Shown in pieces: positions 54,963 through 64,000 of a DNA stretch of 64,000 nt; position 1 is the stretch's first letter, and each line of letters starts with the position of its first letter. Origin of the DNA: Setoptus koraiensis (Eukaryota > Animalia > Arthropoda); assembly GCA_048013815.1 (NCBI GenBank), contig CM106585.1:2294001-2358000 (forward strand), read 5' to 3'. The notes beneath the pieces are model-generated. The model was not told where the DNA came from. It did not search any database and saw only the letters and a list, made by a program, of their open reading frames with translations. The position numbers were made by a program, and so were the translations under genes.

Positions 54963-57900
54963 CTAATTGGCTAACAGCAGCTGCTGAGTTTGTTGTTGAG
55001 TTTGCTGCTTGCATTGATTACTTGTGGCGCTATAATTGGCTGATGTCACCGAGCTGTTTACAGAAACTATTCCCGGATCGACAACTGTTGACGAGATGAT
55101 TAATTGTGTTTTATCATCATTATTCACTAGTGACTCATTTTCGCTATCTAATGGTTGCATCAGTGACGAATTGTTTGTGGATTCATTTGCGCAATCAAAT
55201 CCAGTATCGGGATCATTTCCCACAGCTAGATGCCTTTCTTTTCGCGACAAACTATTATTTTCCTCATTGAGCTCAATTTTTGGGAACTCCTCAGATTTAT
55301 CATTGTTCTTTTCAGAAACAACCACATTCTGATTGGAGCAATCATTATTTTCATTGGATTCTGCTGGCATTTCATTGTTAGATTCGCTGAGAGTATCTTT
55401 AGTTGCCACGGGAGATTTGTACCAACAATTTGAGTCTCCCTCTAGTACTTTATCATTCATTTCATAAGATTCATTTTCTACCTGAATATCAGCGATGTTA
55501 CTCTGTACTGGACCATCAGATTTATCCAGTGGGTAGTTTTGATCTATCATATCTTTATTTGGACCAAGCATTCCGGTTGCATTGATCACTCCCCCGGCAA
55601 CATCTGTGTTAGTACTTGATGGGGATGCTTCAGATGCAATTGTTTTGACAGGTTGTTGCGTCATGATTCTCATTAATATATCACGTATTTCATCTTGATT
55701 ATTATCTTGGTCATGTTTCTTGCATGCCTGGTAGAGTGTTGGGTAGTGAATGTCTTCATCCAGCGACGGCTCCTCCATAGACGAATTTTGTGCCTGCTCT
55801 TCCAAGAAAAGATTTGAAAACTTAGAACAATTTCTCTCGTCGACTAATGATTCTTCATTAGATTTTTTATCGTCATCATCCTGAATTTGATTGGCTCTCA
55901 CTAGATTATCTTGAACCACGCTTTCCACAAAAATATCGTGCTTGGCTAGAGGATTCGTTCGTGTGGACCACAGCTCATAGCTAGAGTAATCAAAATCAAG
56001 TGGCTTGTCGCTTGACCTATATTCGTTAGTTGTTAAGTCAGATGGATCACTAGTTAATTGCCTGATATCTTGTGGAGTATTAATACTATCACTTTTATAG
56101 ACCTCAGACCTGAGAAGATCCCCCTGTTTTGATGTGATATCATCATCTCTATGCGATAAAAGTTCGCAGTTTGTTTCGTGTAGATTGAAAATAGATTCTA
56201 ATTGTCGCATTGTTTCCTCCTTAACTTTTAAATTTCCATTCCCACTCATTAGGTCATCATCCTCTGAGAATCTGTCAACAAAGTCCATCATACTAGTCTC
56301 GCGCATGAAACTGTCGAAAGTGTTATCTTGTAAGGCTGGTTCTATTGTTGTAGATTTTTTATTTTGTTGATGGTCAAAGTTGACCAGTCCATTCAGTGGT
56401 TTTTCGAAAAGATTGACTTTACTATTATCGCCATGATGACCTTGATTGATGTTGATCAATTCATTTGTAGCAAACAACTTTGCCTGATTGCTACCATTGA
56501 TTTCATCATAGTCTAAATGGTTTGTCTTCGGCGTATCATAAGCAATTGCTAGCAGATTTGGTGATGCCAAATGGCTCGTCTTCAAGTCATTTGAACGTGC
56601 AAAGAATTGTGAGTGTTGTTGTCTAGTGCGAGTGGCGCTCGAAGATGCACAAGTGCCCATGGTATATCTATTGTTATTGATTATACAATTATTACTACCC
56701 TGCGGAATAAATTGACTTAACATTTGCTGATTGGGATGAGATGAAGGTTGTTGCTGATTGTGTAAATGATGATTGGGGGATCTCATTGCAGTTGAGGCAA
56801 ATGCTGGTGTACTGCCAGCCAATATATGATTCGGAGCCAGCATTGAGTTTTGTTGATTTTGATTAGATAATGAAGACAATCTAAGCACATTTTGTTGCTG
56901 ATTGTTGCCAAAAGGTGCAGCCAGATTCGGTGCACCGTGATTGACCATTGTATGATGATTATGACCATTGTTTTGATTCTTTAGCTTAGTTGAACCAAAT
57001 TTTGTTTGAGCGAACATAGCTGCTGTAAATACAAGTGGCTGCGCTTTTGTGGATATTGATGGCGAATCTACATGTGAATTTGGAATGGTCTGTTGACCAT
57101 TTTGTCCGCAAAACCCAGATAAGAAACTCGATTGACATCTAGATGACTTGGAGGAAGTCGATGAGCCCGCGCTCATTATAGAACCAGATGAAGAGGAACC
57201 ACCCAATGAATTTGACGAAGAGAAACTATTATTTCTACTATTAATTCTCGATTGTTGGTTTTGCTGACATGAAATTGGTGAAGCTAATTTGGTTTGTCCA
57301 TTGAAAGGGTTTGGAGCCTCGATAGAATGCTTAGTTGGAGAACGTAGATACATCATCAAATTCTGATGGTTGATGTTCTGATTGACATTGCCGCTAAGAA
57401 GACTGTAATCATTGATCGTGGTGGGAAATCTTATACTATTCTGGTGATGCAATTGATCCATAGATGGTTGACTTTGATCTGAGCAGTAGTTGCTGTCCAA
57501 TTGATTACTATTGAATCTTTGTTGTTGAATAAGATGATAATCGTTATTTTCATTCTTGTTATGATTGATAATGGCCATATTGTTGAAATTTTCGCTTCGA
57601 TCTGGACAAATCTGACCAAGTTGATTATTATTGGCGCTTTTGCTTCTCGCGCTGCCCGGTATTGTTCCAATCGTTGATCCAACTGAAGAGACAGATGACG
57701 ACGATCCAGAGGACCATGATGGTCCGGATGTTTGTGGTATCTTGAATTGCTTGCCGTAAATGTCAGTATCTGGTGTCTGGTGAACTTGCTCGGTGCTCGA
57801 TGATAGAACGAAGTCGCTGGTTTGCGTGGGTACATGGTTTACGTTGGCGTTAGTTTTAAAATTGTTGGCTAAGAAAGCTAGGTATTCATCATGAACGTTG

Positions 57901-58586
57901 GCATTCTTAGCAGATGGTTGCAATTGTTGAGATTTTAGATAGATTTGATTTTGTTTGGCCTCTTGATTGAGGTCTAGAATAAAGCCGTCGTTCTGTTGTG
58001 ATAAAATGTTATGTTGTGAATTGGTAGATTCAAAATTGTGAAGCTTAAAATCAGCATCGCTCTGACCAATAGTGGCCCCTGTTTTATCGTCTTTTTTATC
58101 TAGCTTGTTAATTTTTGAAGCAAAAGATTCCAACAGTTCCATGGGCTCTAAAAGATCCAGCGGTGCCTGTTGATTACAGTTGGTGTTATGGCAAATGATT
58201 GTTTGTTGTTGTTGTTGTTGTTGTTGCTGGGTATTTTGTCTAACAGAATAGAGAATTTTGATGGGGGACCGTTCTGACAGACGGTAGCTCACTTCTCCGG
58301 GATCAATCCAGATGCTCAATTCGTCAGGTAAGTTGTCTTTGATATCTGTTAATTGTATGCCCGCCTCGAGAGAGGCCCATTCCAGAATGGGATCGATGGG
58401 CGTAGTTGTTTTGAGGCATCTGTAAGCGGATCCTTTGCTTGGCTGTTCAGTGTACCAATGATCCTGAAATTTGATTTTAATCGCCTTCTCTAGTTCCTCG
58501 CCAAACTGATTCACTCTTCTACGTGGCAACTTGTTGTACAAGAATGATAATAAAAAATTGAGAGCTATATCCACTTCTAGTTGCAT
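54963..58586 (-). CDS. TOB: Tob (BTG/Tob antiproliferative family), single exon, about 1207 aa
   Basis: Starts at ATG 58586: MQLEVDIALNFLLSFLYNKLPRRRV..HWY.EQPSKGSAYRC..LPDELSIWIDPGEVSYR (BTG domain). Also the Tob box FTAAMFAQTKFGSTKLK. Confidence 0.93.
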   Translation of the reverse strand: MQLEVDIALNFLLSFLYNKLPRRRVNQFGEELEKAIKIKFQDHWYTEQPSKGSAYRCLKTTTPIDPILEWASLEAGIQLTDIKDNLPDELSIWIDPGEVSYRLSERSPIKILYSVRQNTQQQQQQQQQTIICHNTNCNQQAPLDLLEPMELLESFASKINKLDKKDDKTGATIGQSDADFKLHNFESTNSQHNILSQQNDGFILDLNQEAKQNQIYLKSQQLQPSAKNANVHDEYLAFLANNFKTNANVNHVPTQTSDFVLSSSTEQVHQTPDTDIYGKQFKIPQTSGPSWSSGSSSSVSSVGSTIGTIPGSARSKSANNNQLGQICPDRSENFNNMAIINHNKNENNDYHLIQQQRFNSNQLDSNYCSDQSQPSMDQLHHQNSIRFPTTINDYSLLSGNVNQNINHQNLMMYLRSPTKHSIEAPNPFNGQTKLASPISCQQNQQSRINSRNNSFSSSNSLGGSSSSGSIMSAGSSTSSKSSRCQSSFLSGFCGQNGQQTIPNSHVDSPSISTKAQPLVFTAAMFAQTKFGSTKLKNQNNGHNHHTMVNHGAPNLAAPFGNNQQQNVLRLSSLSNQNQQNSMLAPNHILAGSTPAFASTAMRSPNHHLHNQQQPSSHPNQQMLSQFIPQGSNNCIINNNRYTMGTCASSSATRTRQQHSQFFARSNDLKTSHLASPNLLAIAYDTPKTNHLDYDEINGSNQAKLFATNELININQGHHGDNSKVNLFEKPLNGLVNFDHQQNKKSTTIEPALQDNTFDSFMRETSMMDFVDRFSEDDDLMSGNGNLKVKEETMRQLESIFNLHETNCELLSHRDDDITSKQGDLLRSEVYKSDSINTPQDIRQLTSDPSDLTTNEYRSSDKPLDFDYSSYELWSTRTNPLAKHDIFVESVVQDNLVRANQIQDDDDKKSNEESLVDERNCSKFSNLFLEEQAQNSSMEEPSLDEDIHYPTLYQACKKHDQDNNQDEIRDILMRIMTQQPVKTIASEASPSSTNTDVAGGVINATGMLGPNKDMIDQNYPLDKSDGPVQSNIADIQVENESYEMNDKVLEGDSNCWYKSPVATKDTLSESNNEMPAESNENNDCSNQNVVVSEKNNDKSEEFPKIELNEENNSLSRKERHLAVGNDPDTGFDCANESTNNSSLMQPLDSENESLVNNDDKTQLIISSTVVDPGIVSVNSSVTSANYSATSNQCKQQTQQQTQQLLLAN

Positions 58587-59486
58587 GTTGTTGGCGTCGA
58601 ATAAATGCAATTTGTTGTTTGCTCAGTTAATAATAATGATGGTTGTTATGACTGTGTGTCTATTCTTGATTTAATGTCTCCAATGATAAAAAATTGTTCG
58701 AGAACTTAATAATTTCTCTTTTGAAATCAATTGAAAATTTATTTTTCAAATTCAATTGATTTTAGGATGGTGCGAATGGATGAATGGATTTCGTCGAGGC
58801 GATATCACACTGCGTCGGTTTGTGTGCTCTCATTTAAATAACAATTGTAACAATTAATAATGTCGATGTGTAGTAAAAAAGATTATTTGCTTATTTTGGT
58901 AGTCAAGATATGTATTTGTAGGTATAAATGGTAATAGCCATAAATATGTCGCTGCAATGGGGCATTTGCCAGTTACTTCGATTTGCTCCACTGACTAATG
59001 GTGCCGATGGTGGCTTTTCGCCATATAAAGCGAATGGAATCAAACAGAATTTAATCTCATCCGATCTACACTCATCGATTCAACTATTCGACAGACAGAC
59101 ACGCAGACCGGATCGAACTTTTTGCGCGCTTTTAGTGTGCGTGAACGTATTTGTGTCGCGCGCGCGCTGCCAACTGGTCAATCGAACTATTGCTCACACA
59201 ATTATTGCGTACTGTGCGCGCAACGGTAGGGAAGAAGAGGAGCGCGCAATAGTGGTGCTGGGGGTAGGAAGTGGGTCTTCACAAACAATGTGTGTATTAC
59301 AAATGTGTATATATGTATTTGTCTCTCACTAAACACAATTTATCGGTGTTCGTTGTTGTTGTTGCAATAATTACTATAGGTCGGTTGATATAATTAGTAT
59401 TCTGTGGCTCTTTTTGTTGTTTCTTGTTGCTGCACGTGATGATGGCTACAACGGCACACAAATAACCAAAATATCAAAGGTCTGCA

Positions 59487-59497
59487 TGTGTGTGTGT

Positions 59498-59556
<59 letters not shown>
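59487..59556. repeat. (TG)n microsatellite, about 35 units
   Basis: Read directly, with one TC interruption. Confidence 0.95.
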
Positions 59557-59558
<2 letters not shown>

Positions 59559-62500
59559 GGGGGGAGGCGATGGTAGAAAATTAGTTACTGTCAAGCATAG
59601 AAAATGTTATTTAATTTATAACAAACGATAAACTATAAATATTGTTACAATTCGTTTCAATAATAATATATGTGTATACATGAGTGTGTTGCTTAAAAAT
59701 CTCTCATTCTCTCAGAGTTTGTACAGGTTGCATTGTTGCATTAGTAGCGATGCCATTGGTTAGCATAATACGTGTTGGTGGTGATATAATATTGAAAGGT
59801 TGATGAATTATTGTAAGTGTAGCAAATGTATTGTTGGTATAAAGTGGAAATCTCACTTGTTTCGTCTGGTGGTTGTGGTTGCGGTGGTGGCTTGATATAC
59901 CATAGTCGCGGTTTCGGCCAGTAGAGCAACTAAGCAATCATCTTGCCACTGACCACTGGACAGCGACAGTAGCGAGACGACAGCTGACAGCTCATCAATT
60001 GATGATAGCGAGCGTTATTAGTAATCACACACGTACTAATAACACAACTGTTTTTGTTGTTGGTGATGATGTAGCGGTAGTTGTTGTTGTTGCTGCTGTT
60101 GCTGTTGTCGTTGTTCTCAATTCTCATAATTATATATTTTGTTATTATTATTATTATTGCACTTTCATTATGCTTTCGTTAGCATTTCAGCTAGTTGTGT
60201 ATGATGGCGTATTGTATGATTAAATGACCATACCGTCGCCGCTGCTGCTGCTGCTACTATTCAATGAGCATAAAGCACTTTCGTCGAACAGTTGCTGCTC
60301 GATTGGGGCTCGATTGAGGCTAGATGAGGTCTCCTGACGTCGGCTGTCTATTCTTTGGCGTTGCTCTGTTCTCGCTGCGTGTGTGTGTGTGTGTGTGCGT
60401 GTGCGTTCTTTTGATCGTCACTAGAATTCGGCGTACTCTCCCTCGCTCTCTGTCCATATACTCGCATACGTAGCAGCGAGCCGACTCGATTCTGCCCCTC
60501 GATGTAGCCGTGCGTCAGTTTGGTCTCAGTTTTCGTCGTTAGCTCACACTGCCAGCCATATCACGGCACAGTGAGACATGCCAGCACCACACACACACAC
60601 ACACTTATATATAAATATATATATATATATACATAAGTAATAACAATAGTGGCACCAGCAATAGGCTACAGGAACTACACACATACAAAAGAAATTGCGT
60701 TTATCAGTGGGTGCTCTCACATGTGTACTATGCACACGACCAGCCAGCCTAGTGTTACACTATGTACCCTGGTTAGACCTTCGTTGGGGGGGGGCCCGCT
60801 AGCTAGCTGGCTGGCTGTCTAGCTCGCTTGCAAACAAAACTCAATGTTTGTGCGTCTGTACGTTATATGTGATATAACTTTCGCTTAGGGAGCATTGCAG
60901 CAGGCGCACAAACAAGGACACACACACGCACCCCCATGAGTAGATGATAGCGTTTTGTAAGCGGTAGGCAGTTAGACCGTGAGCCTAGCGACCTAGTGCC
61001 AAGCTTGCCCACTATGTGTGTGTGTGTGTTAACTGCGAGAGGCAGCCAGTCACACTGATCGCCTACTCTACGCCTAGCCAGCTAACTAGCTTGCCAGCTG
61101 GTCTTGCTAAAGTTACAGTTGCTGCTGTGTTATTGTCGCTGTTACTATAGCTGCCAGTGCGGCAGCGCTCGCCAATCATGGGCAGGGAGCTCTCTTCCTT
61201 GTTCCTTAAAGCTTCAATTCTCTGCTATGTTCGATATTTGCTGCGAACACACACAACTAACAGTTTGCATTCAACGTCATTCGAACACCACAACAACAAC
61301 AACAACAACAACTGACTCCATCTCTACACCACAGCGAGCTCTGTCTACCGAAGCCGAGTATATCCAGTCGACAACAGCAACCACTAGCATTATTAACGCT
61401 GTAACTACTAGGCTCTATGTGTGTGTGTGAGAGTGTGGTAAAGCAGCCGCAGCGTTACAATTCGATGATTCGATATAATAACAAGATAGAATATACTTAT
61501 GCACTTGCACGAGCTAACATAATATGCTCTGGCCCACTTTTTACAATGCCTCTGACCAACTTTATCCCGTGCAAGTTGCAACACCACAACGCGCCAACGC
61601 TAACTATATAACTGCGTGTAGCCCCGTCCCCCTTTCGCCTCACACATTGCCCTACAACTGGCCGCTGCTGTTGGCTGCACGATGGGCCCGTACTCTCACA
61701 ACTACGCTGACTACAATAACGGTATTAGGGCCATGCTTATTAGATGGGGGCCATTGTGTTCGCTGTGATGGAGGGCTAGATATAGCATCTGAAATAGAGG
61801 GAAAACATCATAAATAGATTGGGGCTCTAATCCGATTGCCACAGTGGCAACAAGGCCGCAATGGCAAGCCAAGACATGGGCGCCCCTGTGTTTATTTGTT
61901 GGCTTGCTCGCTGGTTGCTTGTTGGCCGTTGATTGTCCGCTCAATCTTGGAACATTGCTAGCTAACAATTGTGAGCACCACTTGCCCACTCGCACCACGT
62001 TAGCTGTTTTTGGTCTCTGTCACTATTGTGTGTCCATCTTTGGGCACTTGACACAAACTGACTACAGACAACTATTGGTGTGCTCGTCTATGATTGTCGA
62101 ACTAATCCCCCATGATTCATCATCATCATCATCATCATCAAGCTTGTTACGTGACGCTTAGAGTGGCCCGTTTATTGTTGTTGTTGTTGTTGTTGTTGCA
62201 ATTATAAAATCATTTTTATATATTTTTATATTGGCACTCACACAGAACAGGGGGCACTTCTTGGCCGCAAGCTGTGTCCTAGACGAGGAGTCCGCTTGCG
62301 AAACAGACATGGCCAACTAGACGCGACTAGAATCATATTGCGTATGTATGTCTCTATAATCTAATTTGCTCTAGCTGTGCGTGTGTGTGTGTGTGTGTGT
62401 ATTTGTGTTTGCATTTGAGGTGAATTTCGTGCGATATCCAATTCTCTGACTCTTCAGATCTGTGGCAAGCCAGTCACTGGCTGCCAGTGTGCTGATTCAA

Positions 62501-64000
62501 ATGGCGCGATACACACACACACACACAAAACTCGCTCGACGAGATGACGGCTCATGGGATGACGCAAATAATTAGAGGATGCCTGTATATTTGGCTCTCT
62601 GCATTATAATGGCTGAGCGGCCTCGCGCTGACGTTTGTCGATCACTGTGGCGGCTGAATGCAGACAGCAGCAGCGCCAAACTGAACAACAGCTAGCGAGA
62701 TGCACGAAACTACTTAATGGCTCATCTTTGACGATTCTGCATCCTGTCGCTTGCTCACTGTCACTGTCTCACTCTGGCAGAGACGGTCTCTGCAAACATC
62801 ATTCAACAACTTCCAATGTGCGCCGTCCCGCACAAAAGGCCCCATGGTGGCACCCACAGTGTGCGAGATCTATTTATATGCGAATTGTCATGATGCAAGC
62901 ACAAGCAAACTAATTTAGACCGTCGGCGGGCTTATCTCGCTATCTGTATTGTGTGTGATCGATAACCACAAATCACCTGTCGATGCGGTTCCTGCCGAAT
63001 GTGGTCGTCACTATGGACTGCACAGTATGGAGGCCCGCTGGTGCTCGTATGCCGCTGGTGCTCGTATGCCGCTGCCGGCGCGGTTTAAATTTATTCACTT
63101 ATTTCACCTATTTCGCATTTGCCACTGCCAGCGACATGTGTGTTCGGCCAGCATCGTCTGCGCACAACTACGAATAACGACGACTCACACGATGACGCCA
63201 CCGATGATGCCGACGATGATGCCAACGACGATGCGGCTAGACAGAGGTGGCAGCAAGTGATGATATCGTCGCACTAGATTGATCGGCTCACGGCCGCAAC
63301 AAGAAAAGGATTGTCGCTGACGAGTCGTTGCGAGAGCAGATAATCACTATTTATGCTCGCGAATGGCTTGCTGCGAATTTAATGACGCCGAATATCGCGT
63401 CCAAATTGTTCCGTCTCTGCATAAACACCCGCAACGCACTTATGCACAGTTGCAACAATTCGGCAAAGGGCGAGCGCAGGACGAACGATAACAAAAATGT
63501 TTCCACACTGACTGAATGTGCATTTTAATATTCAATATTTTCGTGTTTTCCACAGCGCCGACATGTAACCCTTGGCGCTTGCATCATGTCGCGCCAGGGT
63601 AATACGATCCTCGGCGGCGGCATAACAACCATTCTTTGTTTTCTTGGCAAAAGTGCCCAAAAGGCTTGGCCATTTGTGTCACACAAATTGTGTGCGTGTG
63701 CAACGACTAAACTCTGCGTCTATCTGTGACACTTTTGCTGCTTGCACCTATAGCTTGTTCAACAAAACAACTGACTGACAGAGAGAGCGACCAAGATAAA
63801 GCAGTTTCATCATAGTTAGTAGCTGTACAGCCGGCGAATAGAGAGATAAAATCTTGCTGGCACCGTCATACTTGCCGCCATTGGTGCTAGCTGAACAGTG
63901 TGATGGCCAGACAGCCGATTTTAAGATTTAAAAATTGCCCTTCTTTAGGCTTGCCTTCGATATGGCTGGTCTACTGCGGCACTGGCGGCTGATTGCATGC

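Noticed and set aside
58928-63528. Short ORFs upstream of Tob
   Set aside because: They derive from SSR-rich non-coding DNA and carry no family motifs.

Overview
Eukaryotic, gene-dense, AT-rich arthropod DNA. The short introns, many intronless housekeeping genes and Q/N-rich proteins suggest a compact mite genome, possibly eriophyoid (inference only). Reading the sequence by eye supports about 16 protein-coding genes: a MACIT (COL13/23/25-type) transmembrane collagen, ACP7, a PQ-loop (PQLC1-type) protein, ZNRF1/2, MTMR9, an SLC49/FLVCR-family MFS transporter, an Sp1-4-type zinc-finger factor, GSTZ1, TMIE, CPSF4, AAAS, FAAH2, UPRT, two small PPxY-bearing membrane proteins and a very long Tob. 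There is also one tRNA-Leu(TAA). Two 500-N gaps are flanked by poly-A or poly-C junk. The second gap is demonstrably false, because its flanks overlap by 44 bp, and it splits AAAS. The most notable observations are: (1) decayed internal collagen exons inside an otherwise intact, in-frame spliceable gene; (2) a 1100-bp near-perfect inverted duplication of the MTMR9 3' end, with an older diverged extension, which could form a hairpin or antisense RNA; (3) greatly extended TMIE and Tob proteins; (4) two unannotated PPxY membrane microproteins that only appear after splicing. All exon structures were deduced by eye from GT-AG sites and frame continuity. No database searches were run.
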